Source: Tubiluchus corallicola (taxonomy: Eukaryota; Animalia; Priapulida). Taken from it: DNA of 64,000 bases. The notes under the pieces were generated by a model. It was not told where the DNA came from. It did no database searches and saw nothing but the letters and a program-made list of their open reading frames with translations. The DNA lies in NCBI GenBank assembly GCA_030141605.1, contig JAQGDQ010000038.1:248001-312000 (forward strand), read 5' to 3'. The position numbers and the translations under genes are program-made. Of this stretch, positions 50,668 to 64,000 are shown piece by piece; the stretch's first letter is position 1; every line of letters starts with the position of its first letter.

Positions 50668-51823
50668 ACTGTGCTGTGCTGTAGCAGTTATGTATGCCCA
50701 TTTATGTGGACTGTGAATACATAGTAATACAGGCAATGGGCCCTTGTGAAAAGTCTGCAATATGCAATAATATGGTGCACTGTATTCAAAATTATTATAT
50801 TAGTTAAATGAATGGTGAAAGATCATTCTTTTTTGTGTGTTCGTATTACCTGTATGGGCACAGTAAACCTATTTGTGATAATAATGTTATACTGTAGTAG
50901 TAAGTAGAGTAGGATATATCACACAGTGAAGTTGTGCTTTGCGTTTGATTGGCTGGGACCGTGTTCCATACGCACTCCTATTTTCATTTGCACACCTATT
51001 CTCTTTCGCACTAAACTTTTTCTCATTCGCACGCACCATCACATTAGTTGTGCACCACTGGATTAAAATATCGGTGTATCACTTGTTCATGTGTGTTAAG
51101 ATTAAGTCCAAATTTGTGTGATTCAGTTTTATGTTGAAGTTAAACAATATGACAACTGTAGAGTAAATGTAGCAGGAATAGACTTGTACTTATACAAAAG
51201 CCTAATTGGTGAAGAATATAACTAATATCTAACTTCATATACCATGCCAATTACTTTGATTTAATACCTTATGTGTAACATGCTAAATATATGATTCCAG
51301 GATAGCTTAGATTCACTAATGCTTCTAAATATTTCAGCTCATTTCCATGTTTAATGGTATTAGTATTACCCATTTTAAAGTTACTATCAGCTTCATTTCT
51401 GCAAACTATCTTCGATTCACTTAAAGCTAAACTGTCAGTGATTCACTTAAAGCTATACTCTCATTATCATCAACTCATATAATTTGATGTCCTTACATAA
51501 ATATATGTCATGTCTAGAAAAAGATCTATAGTTTGATTCTGTGATTAAATTTAAATGTGATTTGCACTGTGTTGTACCGGTTATGTATGCCCATTTATGA
51601 GGACTGTGAATAATAATAAGTCTAAATGACACAAAGTGGAATTCTGAAAAACTACCAGAAGAATATTGAAAAGGAGACACCAGCAGTTTTAGTCTGTTAT
51701 TGATAATATACCCTCTCTGTTACTTAGTTCGATGTATTCTGCTTAATACATATGCAATTTGGGCTTGCAAAATTATTCGAAATTTTGGGTTATTCATACA
51801 CTCTTATGCATTGGAAACCACTT

Positions 51824-52769
51824 GGTGTGCAATAAGTTTGGTACTAGTAAATGTGGTCCTGGTAATTTTGGTAGGAGGAAATTTTGGGACTCTGAAAATT
51901 TTTTATTAGGAATTTTTGGTTCAGGGAAAATGTGGTACTGGTAATACAGTATTGGGGAAGTTTTGTACTGGAAAATTAGGAAAAATTGCTACAGAGAAAG
52001 CTTGATACAGGAAAGTTTCATACTACAAAAACTTTTATATAACACGTGTACTCGAAAAACTTATGGAGGGTCATATCGTTGTACTTGTTTTTATTTGGTT
52101 TTTTGTTCATTAGTTTGTTTGTGTGTTGTTTGTTTTATCATTCAATGTTGTTGTTGTTGTCTTACTCCTTTGTTGTGATCATCACCTTCATCATCATCGT
52201 TGTTACTTTTGTCATTTTGTTGCTGTTGGTGCTGTATATTATTGTTTCTGTTCTTGATGTCGTTGTTGCTGCTGCTGATGTTGTTGCTGTTGTTGTTGTT
52301 GTTTATTTGTCTGTTTGTCTGTTTCTTGTATACTGTTTGTGTTATCATCAATATCATCATTATTTTCAATGCCATTATCATCGTCATCGTCGTCATTGCT
52401 GTTGTCATTGTCACATTTGTTCTTTCGTTGTTGGTGTTGTTGTTGCAATTATTTTTGTTGTTTAGTATCTGTTTAGTTCTCTTTTCTGTTTAGTACCAAA
52501 GTCTCCTAGTACCATATTTTCTGAGTACCAACATTTCCTTGTACCACACTTTCTTTGCAGTAAACAACCCTGGTACCATGTATTTTGTTTCTACCAAAAA
52601 TTCCCTATAATAGTTTTTCCTAGTAACAAAAATTCCTTTGTTCCTAAAGATCATAGTACCAAAGTTACCTACACCAAAATATCCATATACTGAAAATTCT
52701 TTGTACCAAATTTTTCCGGTGCCAAATTTACCTGTACCAAACTTACCCGTACCAAACTTACATACATTC
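51824..52769. mobile_element. Mutator/Foldback-like non-autonomous element with tandem-repeat arms
   Basis: The left arm (51824-52060) consists of about 15-16-bp units (ggtactggtaaattt-like), and the right arm (52490-52769) of their reverse complement. The terminal regions share taagtttggtac/gtaccaaactta. The 9-bp flanks aaaccactt and aagccacct match at 7/9. Confidence 0.65.
52080..52490. repeat. Low-complexity (TTG)n/(TCA)n region
   Basis: Degenerate trinucleotide runs that produce poly-Q/N/D and poly-L/V pseudo-ORFs in all frames. Confidence 0.85.
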
Positions 52770-54974
52770 AAGCCACCTAGCTTCTTACCATTAATCGTTA
52801 TTACAAACTACATACATTTCACTACCATAAAAGTGACACCAGCATAATTTGTACGTTGTCTGTGGCACTCTGCAGCATGCGTAAAAAAATAAATCCTTAA
52901 CCTTCGTCCTAAATTTGAATTGCCATTGAAAAGTCACAGAAGCAATGTGAGGTTTTTTCTTAATTATACCTGCTAGTTATACAGCTCAGCATGCTGTAAG
53001 CCAAACTTGTGAGCTCAGTGACATGACAACTTGTTATATTGGTGACAAGACCAGAGGTTACCTTGCAAATGGTGTTCTTCTAAGATGAGCTACTAGACTG
53101 GCAGAGATGTCTTCCTGAAGCCACCTTAGCCACGTTTGGATTTAATTAAATTTATCTCTGGTCTAGAACTAGCAGTCCACAAATCATTAGCTTAGTGAAA
53201 ATATCTTACACTCTTTGTAAATAACCTTAATTATAATAATTTTTGAGTTACTGGTGCACACTGGTAATTGTGGATCTTGTGTTATAGTTTCTAGGCTAGT
53301 TGCATAAATTATTTAACTTTTTAATGACTACACATTTTCTTTTCTACTAGTGCGAACCTTTCAAGTAAGAGCGTTGCTAACTTTCAATTTGCAATTTTTT
53401 TAAAGAAAATTTCGCTTAACGTTTAGCAAATTTTACTCTAAAGACAAATGATGAAAATTTGATCAAATTTGATGGAGGCATTGCCGATGACGTGGTATCT
53501 GTTGTCTTTTCAAAGTTGACAAAAGTCGGGGCCATTTAGCAGCATGGGCATGACTTTGCCAAAGTTTGACCTACTTTGGATCACCACATTAAGATTATGA
53601 ATAATTAATTTGAAGTAATTCATTACAGTTCTTGATTAAGTGTAATTTGGTAGAAATAATAATGATATTTCTCCGTTTGTGACATAAAGTTTTTGCAGTA
53701 TCGCTAATTAGGATTTCTCTTGTGTTGTTTTTATGATCATTAGTTTTGTGATTAGGTTAAAAAGTGAAAATTTGTGGTTCTTCTAATACTTTTGAGCACT
53801 CTTTGTTCATCAGTATTTAACTGCATTGTTGACCATTTCTAGTTTATTTTTCAAAAAAAGCGCAATTAGGCATCTTTATGTAGGACACCTGTATAGTTGC
53901 TCCTTGTTTATAGGTTTGTTTATAGCGTTGAACGCACGATTTTGTTTGAAGCAATATGGAAGCCATTATCTGACAAAATGTGTGGAGTTTGTTTTATGCC
54001 CTGCAGCTTACAGTGAACCCGTTATAATATAATAATCTTTATTTGCCTTTATGTCGCCGAGGTGTGGAAGGTTTCGAAAATTTATGGGGTCTCTCCAATG
54101 CAGTTATTTGTAAATGGAAACAAGCGGAAGTTTTGCTTTCTGGCTATCGTAGAATACGTGGTGCTGTAGATTTCTAGCGTTTCTGTTAACCATTCTGCGG
54201 TAATGATACTGTACATGTAACTTGTCATGTCCTAATGAATAACAATGTTTTTGCCGTTACCATGGCTGCATGGAGGCAGTTACTTAGCTGCTATACTGCT
54301 ATCCTAGCGCGAGTGTGTATTATGCTGATTATTTGCAAACTGAATAATATTAGTGTACGCGACGATGATGGTTTAGTGTAAAACTATAAATGTGTTACAA
54401 CTCACAAGTGCGACATTTTCGTTGTTTTTGTGGTGGCAGCTGGTAAGCTGACCTCGTGTTGCATTAAGAACTTCACAATAATTGCTTTGCCGTTTGTGCA
54501 TAAAATTAGTTCATAGTGTTGGTTTATTACATGTTTTGATTAAATGAACTTGACAAAGATTCTTACTGTAGACCTGGCTCTTATTATATAGGCAGCGTAC
54601 TACTGTTTGTGGCGCATCATTCGAGAAATTACCTGGTACGAAAAATTTTTAAATAAAATGTATTAGTTCAATCAGTATAGGTTAGACAGTTGCACATGAC
54701 GTTAGGCCCGAAACTGAAGAGTAATTGTATGTATGTAAATGTGGCTTTGATGCTTTCTAATATATTGTGCGTAAAACTGTTACGTTTCTAAACGTTTCTT
54801 CGATTTAATTGCATTCCGAAAGCGATAGGTGGACAATACAATTTAAATGAACTTATTTAGACAACTTCGCCGAACCGACAGTTATAACTTAAGAAACGTT
54901 TTGTAAGGACGTTGTTTGTATAAGTAGAGCTGTATTAAAATGGTTTCAGAGTGACTAAAATTTTTTTCTTACAG

Positions 54975-55102
54975 TGGATTGCAAGTGTCAGGGCTGAGAT
55001 AATAGCTGGATCGCCTTAGTGATTCCAAACAGAAGTGCTGCCACACTATTCGAAGGCGAAATTTACAATCGTTTGAAGACAGCAAATCGATTGTTCCTCA
55101 TG
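54975..55102 (+). other. Candidate 5' exon of an unidentified downstream gene, ending at ATG
   Basis: Acceptor tttttttcttacag, no internal ATG until the final ATG|gtaatt donor. An upstream donor ctg|gtaagc lies at 54443 in a CpG-richer region. Confidence 0.4.
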
Positions 55103-56157
55103 GTAATTTTGTATGCACTTCTTGAATACTAAAAAGATAACTTAATTAACATTTTTCAGACGATTTGTCTTAGTTTTTTAATATTTCTAAGCACTGTATG
55201 TTAGTTGAATTGCAAACACACGTTAACGTAGCATTCATGATTATTCTTCCTGTTATATAACTCATAACACTTAGGTATTGCTGATTAGTTTTAGTGAAGT
55301 ACCCTACATCTTTAGCACCAATTTACCAATTTACTGTCAAATGTACTATTATTCTTCTGGGGCTTTTGGTTTGAGAACGCTTTGTTTTATTGCTTTTGTT
55401 CTGGTTGTCATGGATTAAACGTTTTAAGAAATGACCTAAGAAATAACAGCTGATAGAAGTAAAAGTGAAATGTTGCATTTCTTCTTCTACAATTTATGAA
55501 AAGTGTTAAGCTAAGCTAACCCAACTGAAACGTGTTTAACTGTTTACCCGCTCTTTGTGAAACCAGTCTCAGAATGGCAGCCCCTATACATCGTGACAAC
55601 AGCCATGTTTCTTAATTTGGATCAAGAATTAAGAGCAAAAGATCTATAGGTGATACTGAATTTATTTATTTACATTACATTATCTGGAATTTTTAAAATT
55701 TATAGGAAAGGTCGTAGTTTGAGGGAAGAAAATATTACAGTTCCCTGTGATGAATCTGCCCCAGATATATAGGTGAAAATAATTCTTTGTTCCTTTGTAA
55801 TGCAACTGTGTAGCGTCCAAGCAGCTGCAAAAGCTGTTGATGGTGTATTAGTGTATTGCTTAGATTACGGTGAGGCGCAGCAGTTTTTGTTAACAGCATA
55901 GTGCACGTACAGTAAAATGCAGAATCGTTCATGAGTTTTTGTGTACAGCATGCCAGAGAAACGTGTTCTCTATTCGACTATTAAGGTAGGATTATTTCAT
56001 TAATGTAACGTCATTAATGTAAACACGCTTTTTGCAGGAATTTGCAAACTGCTGTATTATTGTCTTCCCGTGTAGTATATAATTCGGAAGTATATAAGGT
56101 ATTGGAAAGTTGTCCATCAAAGGAACCATAACTAATGTAAACATCATGTGCATTGAC

Positions 56158-56711
56158 TAGGGTTGTCAGATTAAAAAATTAGAAATATAGGACACTCTCA
56201 AAATTTCCCTATATACTATATATAAATTTATGTGTGCCTGCACACACAGACCAGTATATCATATAAAAGTAGAGACATAAGTTAAAAACATAAGGCAAGG
56301 ATGTTAATGGACTATGATAAAAACAAAAGTAAAATCATTTGAAAATTATTTAATACAAGCTAAAAAAAATCTGTAAAAGTGAAATCATTTGAAAATATTC
56401 ATTTAATACAGATAACAGAGAAATATTACTATTATTTAATACAGGCAATATAGATAACTAAAAGAAATTCTGAGAAAGTGAAACCATTGCAAAATTATTA
56501 TTCAACAGAGACAATATAAAATGTATTTTAAATAAAATAATTTTGAAAATTAATATTTAATACAACCAATATAGAAAATAAACTAAAAATTTATTGAGGC
56601 TGGAGAGCAAAACGGTAATCATGGCAGCTGAACAGAGGTCAGTACGGTACCGGGGACAAACTTATCAAATATGGGACATGTGCCGTACATGGCGGATGTC
56701 TGGCAACCCTA
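56158..56711. mobile_element. hAT-type MITE (TAGGGTTGCCAGA ends)
   Basis: TIRs TAGGGTTGTCAGA and TCTGGCAACCCTA. The flanks cattgac and gattgac are TSD-like. GGGAC/GGAC subterminal motifs and an AT-rich repetitive interior are present. Confidence 0.75.
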
Positions 56712-59700
56712 GATTGACTGTATTCTAAATGCAAAATCTCAACTATAGAGCCAAGATTATGAATGATGATTAAACCAGAACACCTTTAAGCTGGATACTA
56801 ACAAACTTCACCCCACTTCTACACTATTACAGATTTGCTAGCCTAGCAAATTGCTTAATTTAGTTAATGAATGATGTAGCCAGTATTTTAGTTATTGATT
56901 CCTGTTACTTATTCTATGCATTGTTTTTATTATTTTTTGCTGTTAACTATGAAATTTGATAGTTTGAATATTATTCTGATAAAAATGCTTTTGCATAAAA
57001 ATGAAAACAGGCTATATAATTCTAAGTTACTGTGAAAAACACATTGGATATATTTATTGGAATTAATGTCACTTATTTTACTTTTTGTTTGTCATTAGGC
57101 TTACACAACATTTGTTGTTTTTGTTTAAAGTCGAGCTACTTTTTGCCTGTCTTTATTGCAGATATCTATTAGTATTTCAAGTGTACTTCTGAGAGCATGT
57201 TGGGCGATGTGTATTATACATGTTGATAACTTGATACACTCACTAATCAAATAGCTGATTTTTATTTATTAGATTAGCCTTATCTGACTAACTCCATTGC
57301 TACGAAACCGTGAAGCATGCAGCAAAACTAGTGATACATTTATAACTCCTTCTGTTTTGTTTTTATCGCTGATTCTGATTCGTTGCTGGTCTTGATATCT
57401 GGAGGTTAATAATGGTTACTTGCTTTGTCTTAATAGCATGTCTGATTTACTGCACATGTTTTTATTTCTGTCAGTTTGAGTCCTTATAGAAGTTTACTAT
57501 AGCACCCAGCAGATCTGTTTGAAATTTCGAATGAGTTAAAGGGATGGCTCCACATTTTGTTAGACACTTGAAATTCTTGCATGGGCTTAATGCTGTGGAC
57601 TTATCCATTTTAAAGTCACTTAAGTTTTTAAAGAACTCAGTGGGCATGCACGCTCATAACAGGAGCAAATGTTTTACTCTTGTTGATAAAGAATTCAAAA
57701 TTCCCTCAATATTATCAAATTTGGATGAAACAAACTGATAAGTTGATACGAATTGCTTTACTTCAAGTGTTACATGACTATAATTCCGCTTGGATGCATA
57801 TTTTCAGAATAAATATATTGATCTTTGTTACCTGATCCTGTTACCATTAGAACTGTTGTCATAAAGAAACATTTCTTGTTACCATTAGAACTGTTACCAT
57901 ATAGAAACTTTTTTTACTAACTGTCCAATTAAATAAGTGCAGAAATTACATAATGAGCATGGATTGTAATGAGCATGGCACTCACGTGGCTTGGGTTTGT
58001 CGAAGATGTAGTTACAATTACAAGTTTTGGTTAACATCTTCGTGTAGCATTGTCTTACCTAAACCTGATCATTTTCTTGGTAGCATTACTTTTTTGATTT
58101 TCACTGCTATATTAACAAAATTTATGGATTGAATGGTAGCTTTCATTTGATATGCAAGTTCGGACTGTAACTGTTATGGCAAATGGCAAGGATTGCAAGT
58201 TTTGCCTGCAGTCGCAAGTCTGATGCATTGTATAGTTGCAAGCATTTCATCTGATCAGTTTTAGCAGCTCCGAAGCATGCCTGGATTTGTGACTAACAAC
58301 CAGTTTTGCTCTTGCACCTGAAGTTTGGATTGCATGGTGTGTTATCAAGTTGCATGAAGTGAGTATTGTATTATTGCTTTAATAATTGGAGAAAAAATTG
58401 TATAATTTCGTGCTGTTCAGTTAGACACAATATTCTTGGTGGATTTGGAGCGCCCTAGTGAGCGATTTTTGAGGCTATGCTACCAGGCAATCATGGAAGG
58501 GACAAGAATTCTGGCGACATCTACAGGTATTAAATTAAACTAAACTAGACTGCTTATTGTTGGTTATTGTGTAAAATTTCGATGCGAAACTGCAACTCTG
58601 TTGTAGGTTACTTGCTTATGCGGAGTACAGGATATACTTAAAATGAAAAAAGGCTGTGCAAAGATGAGAGTATTTGCAAATTGAAATAGATAGTGGATAA
58701 AATGAGGAGGAGCTTAAATCGTTGTGATAATGCATTTTTGGCCATACTACCGTATAATGGAGTTTAAATTTTAGCCTTTTGCTATGGTTAATTTTGATTT
58801 TTATATACAGCTGTTAAGTGTGATTAAACTTCATTTTTAATGAACTTGAGTCAAGTCAGTGTATACACTGATATGTGTTTTTTAACTGTAAGAATTAGAT
58901 CCAGGCAATTAGCAGCCATTGTGTATTGATAATGGATTACACTTGCATCATGTTATAAAGTTACTGAAATTCACTTTTAATGTTAGTCACTCCATATTAT
59001 TATTGATAATAGCAGTACTGAGTTGTGACCAACAGATTTTTTTCGTAAACACAGCAGATTTTTTTCATCTATTCTGTCTGCTTGCTCTAGTTTCCTGAGT
59101 TATAATAAACCTGTTTTTTGCCAAGGTTTGATGGATTACTGCAGCCGTAACATAGCATTTTATGTCTTGGACTCTAAATCCCATTTTACGTTGTTTCATC
59201 TGCTAGCGTATTGGTTAGTGGCGAATTAGAAATAGTTATGGATAGACATTAATGAAGGCGGCCTTGGGGTGAATACCAATGATGATGTTTGGAGTTTTAC
59301 AGTTGAATTTATTGGTAACAGGATATAATAAATTCAGCAGCACATTTCCTGCTTATGTGTCTCACACACATGAATCATAAGTTGCTGTGAAAGGCATTCT
59401 ATGTTCACTGAATGGGAAGTATTAAATTGTGCACACAGCAATCTATTAGGTGTGAAGTTAGAAAGGTATCCAGTCCATAAGAATGTTCCCACAGTAAAAA
59501 TTGGGGTGCTAGTAAATCTCGATAACTCTCATGCTGTCATTTGAAATCTCTTATTAATTTAATTGTCGAATTGATATTTTAATTAAAATGTAGTTTTCAT
59601 TCTTTTAGTTCACTGCTATACGAAGACACTTCATTCACCTATCCGTTTGTTTGGACTTTTCCCGCACTAAATAACGTCCTGTTCTTTTATAAGCAGCTGC

Positions 59701-62557
59701 CCCTAAACCTAAATATGACCCTGGCAGCTTGCATAAAATTATCATGTTTAAGTGTAATTAATGATGGTTTCCTGCTGCACTGTCTGAGTACTTGTTGGTA
59801 GAGTGACTCATGGTGGGTGTTCAGCAGTTGATGGGTGAGCGTCGTGGCGGATCTCTTTCTCAATTGCCATATTAAAATTTTGCAAAATCAGCTTGACAGC
59901 AGCTTTTTCGTCATTTAAGTAGTGTGTCAACTCTTTTTTTGTAATAAGGGCGTTTAAACTTCAGACAATGGTAACAAAATTTATGCTGGGGTTTGACGTA
60001 AGTGTTACTTAATTAGTTCATTTGCACTCATCATTACTATTAGTTATTTATGAAGCAGTATAATGAGTTACTTGCTAATTTGAGCTTGCGGCGGTTGGAG
60101 AGTGACACCCTTGTTTGTGAGTTGAATTCCAGTTTCACATTTCACACACACAAGCTGAGAGTTACACATTGGTTTCTTTGCATTCTTAAGCTTCCAGGTA
60201 ACGCTATGTACAAATCTAAGGCGCTATAACAGCAGTGTAAACACTTCCACTTTGAAACTGAGCAAATTTTAATTGATCTAGTACTTGTGTTTCACCCTGG
60301 CATATACCCATTCTGAACGTTCCTCTATTGATTGTACGACTTGTTGATATTATCTTGAATATCTTACTCCAAAAGTGGTTTTGTCTACTGATTAAAGCTT
60401 GCTTTAGTCGGCTATGAATGGACCCCCCTCAGTAGTTGCTGAATTTAATTGGCTGGAGGGTAATTGCAGGGTTTTACAACGCACAGGAACTACCAATTGC
60501 AGGATTGGAACGGCGGGTGAACGTGCTGGCGTGTCTGACTAGTTGCGAGGACCAGTTGTTTTGTTAAAGGAATGCGATAGTTTTGACAGCGGCGAACACC
60601 ATTGTTGTCACTTTGAATTTGTGTGTGTAGAGGTGCTAATGCTTCTCTTCTTTGTCAAATACAGCTTGATTAGAGGCTGATGTGGTTTTTTGTGTTGATG
60701 GTGTCAGGTAGATTTGATGTGACTAATTGTCTCAGGAGAATGTAATAACCGCGCTGTTTCACGTTTGAGCTTTATTGTAGTGTGCCAGTCTTTCGATTTC
60801 AATTGTGACATGCTAGCATTTTGCATCAATGGCAATATTTTGTGTAAAGAAAGAAAAGCGACAGGCCTAGAAAAGCGACAAACATCATGGCCTACTTTGG
60901 TGGAAAATGAAATGCCTTTAGGTGCCTATTTTGACTGTTGAGCTGAATTCAGTTTACCAGTATAGTTGGCAGTTGTCAAAAGCAGCAATTTAAATAACAG
61001 GCGCCCCACCATTGTATTTATAGTATTATTGTGGGGGCCAATTATTGCGTTACATCCTGAAGCACTTGAGTGTTGAAATGTTTGTATGGTGCTAACCTTT
61101 GTGTGCTACTTCATCATTGAGTTGAATTCAGTCATTAGATCAATTATATAGGGATCAAGTTGAGGTGAAAAGCTTAATTTGTAGTTCACATTCTGTTATG
61201 TCCAGTGCTGGTTTACTGACTTATGTACAGTCACAGGGAATTTCTCTTGCATTTAATCACTGCATTTAATGCTTTTCCATTTTTGTGTATTCCATGTTGT
61301 AACTTTTAATATTGTTTGAAATTTTAGCTTAGCTTGAAATAATATTTGAACCAGTTGTTTTGAAAAAAATCGGCTTGTTCTACTTCTGAAAAGTCATGTT
61401 TTCATACTCTCCCATCGGGAAGTCGCTGATTTTTTGACATAATTCTTGACTTGAAAACTTTTCTTAGCTTGAGAAGCGCCCGAGCCAGTACTTTTGCGGG
61501 GAAACGGCACACAAATGCTACTTCTCAGTTGTTATGTTTTCAGTATTCTCTCCAATAAGTTGTTTTCATCTGACAGAATTCTGGGTTTATTGTCCTTGCC
61601 TGGATAACTTTGGAGCTTCATCACAATGGATGCTTTGTCTCACGTGCAGTGAGTTATTTTTCAGTATCTGCTAATTGCGAAAGCTACATAACTTATGTTA
61701 TTAATTCAATGCGGTGCGTGGCTAGGTATGAATAAAACTGATTGATCGTTGTATTTTTTAATTTTAATTCTCGTTTGATGCGTTTCTGCTGTTAATAAAC
61801 CCCTGCTAGCCTGCAGAGATACCTGGCCTTCTGCGTACGATTTACGCCTCTAGTTTGTTGAGATTTACAAAGTTAAGTTACTATTAGCAAACACGCTATC
61901 TTCTAGTAGGAAACGCGTTGCTCGTTATAAAATTCAGTCGATTTTTTTCTTAGGATGTTTTATTTAGAGATGGCTGGGTGCGCTTGTTTTTAGGTCCGAC
62001 CCACGTTTGGCCCTGCCTGGGGTGCTGTAGCATACCAGGTGTTTTTGCTTCTGTACCTGCACGCTAACAATACCAGTGAACAGTGACAAGGTTGTCGGTG
62101 TGACAGCGTTAAAAATTGTCCATTCCCACCAATCGGTTGTGAGTATCAGTATTCGTGACTTTTTGGGTTTGTTCTTTGCTCGGCTGCGAAATAGAACTTT
62201 TGAGATAAACGCGATTTTTGCGAATAATCAAAGTAAGTGAAAAAGACCGAATGACCTTCCGTGTTTTCTTGCAGCATGTTTATAATAAAGCTGAAGAGTT
62301 TTTAAAAACTCGAAGTACTGAGAAGATTCTGAAAGTTGAAGCTGAAGCTAAGCTAAAGTGCACTACTACGTTTGATGAAATAGAATGCTGTGTCACATTG
62401 ACGAATATATTGGTAAACTGTAAGACAGTTTCAGAAGTTTTCGTCATATGAATAGCGACGTTAAAGTTCTATATTGGTAATAATTGACTGAGAAAAACCA
62501 AACGTGAGAAGAAAAATGTGTGACAGTGAAGACTTCAGATATGTTCCTCTATAATTA

Positions 62558-62629
62558 ATGACGATTCCAAAAAACATGATGCTAGAGTCAACGGAGATGA
62601 AGCCTAGAGCCAGAATAAAATACAAACAA
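62558..62629 (+). CDS. Candidate first coding exon (MTIPKNMMLESTEMKPRARIKYKQ) of an unidentified gene continuing beyond the window
   Basis: ATG-initiated open frame ending at a consensus donor CAA|gtaagt in phase 0, preceded by a CpG-richer region at about 61700-62500. Confidence 0.35.
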
Positions 62630-64000
62630 GTAAGTAACAGCTCGGGCTTCTTAAATCCTTGGTTCCATTATTGGCCAGAGGATCGAGTATGAAATGATGG
62701 CGTGTTGTAACGATAGAGTAACGAGCTAATCATTATAAATTTATAATTATTATATAACCAGGTTATTTTGACTGAGCTGACAATGAATAAAACAACGGAT
62801 TCCTTTATTTCCAGAACAAATTTAATGACCTGCAACTTGTTTTAGATGTGTTATCGTGTTTCTGGGATTTCTGCAATTTCTACTGGGTCTGATTATGAAA
62901 TAGTCACATATTTAGAGCTTATTTTTTGACTAATTGCTTAAACTACAAAAATGTGGCATATGCAATTTTGTTAATGCAGTATTGTTAATATTTTGTCCAT
63001 TTGCGTATCTGTCGGTTTTTCTGACCAGAGGTCAGGGTCAGTTTGGCCAAAACCCAATTTGAAAATCAATAAATGTATCTGATGCTAAGTAGCTCCATTA
63101 TAGCTTATAATATATGGAATAAAAATTTGTTAGAAAACGAATTGAAGAGTGTGGATTGTGAGCTGCAATATTTTCCTGGTTTCTTGTAGTACATATATAT
63201 ATATACGTGTACATAACGGTTTTTGCTGGACACTACATGACGATGTTACCACGTGTGTTTTAACATCATAAACAATATTAAACATGTAAGCGTGTCGTAA
63301 AATTTGTATTACAGAAACATTCATAATTACTAATTTAAAATGTTACCGCCAAATTTTACTGGAAGTCGCTTTTTAATTAACATACATGTATAATGTCTGT
63401 ACAACTGGGCATAATTTTTTTTGTGTCCTACACCGTCTGATTTATCATTTTTCAAGCAAAACTAGGTACAGTTTTCTTGTACGCATATTATATATGGGCT
63501 TTTTACTTGTCTCTGTTTTCATTTGATATGTTTTTGTTTATATTTTATTAAAGTACCTTCATTAAAGTTTTATCAATGTAAAATTTGTTTTTGCGTAATG
63601 TTCCCTTCTAAACGTTAAGGCGCCCTAATAATTTCAATATACAATTTGGAAATTGTAGTTTATACTTAGTGTGAATGTCTTGATCGGTCAGAATTGTTTT
63701 CTATTTTTACCACTATAGGCTTTTGTTCTGTGAGCGAAGTGTGTACAGTACAGTAAAAAATGTTTAATTCTTTGGGTACGCATTCCTTTCCCATATTTGG
63801 GCAATGGAATTTTGGGTTTTTACAAAACGTCTGTGATAAACTGCCGTGATACTGTCATGTTGTGCTTGTGGACGTTTTATTGTTATTGTTATTTATGCAT
63901 TTATTTATGTATGTAAATTATTTCTTGAATTTTATAGACATAATTGTTGTTACGTTGTTTACGAGTATGTTTGATTATGACTATGATTTTGACATTCGAG

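Noticed and set aside
52046-52847. Poly-Q/N/D, poly-L/V and KFGTG-repeat ORFs
   Set aside because: They arise from trinucleotide low-complexity DNA and the tandem arms of the Foldback-like element.
62218-62451. 77-codon ORF MRIIKVSEK...
   Set aside because: It starts at TTG and has no recognisable motif or convincing splice sites. It is more likely 5' UTR of the candidate exon at 62558.

Overview
AT-rich animal (invertebrate-like) genomic DNA with spliceosomal GT-AG introns, so most short ORF-track entries are noise. Manual exon assembly gives four recognisable genes: PDAP1 (minus strand, 4 exons, running off the left edge), an ADAP/centaurin-alpha ArfGAP-dual-PH gene (plus, 9 exons, two candidate last exons), ZNF277 (plus, intronless CDS) and TMEM104 (plus, 10 exons plus a candidate microexon). 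Candidate 5' exons of a further unidentified gene lie at the right end. The most striking feature is a complete 3-exon antisense gene nested in ADAP intron 1. It encodes a secreted Tyr/Gly/Lys/Asp-rich protein built from DTKPSYGY octapeptides that resembles DOPA-type adhesive or eggshell proteins. Mobile DNA includes a 4.5-kb 5'-truncated LINE whose ORF1 has three CCCH zinc fingers, hAT elements, a Mutator/Foldback-like element, a decayed Harbinger transposase, and two copies of a MITE family that each sit just upstream of a gene. All gene models and family assignments are by eye; no database search was run.
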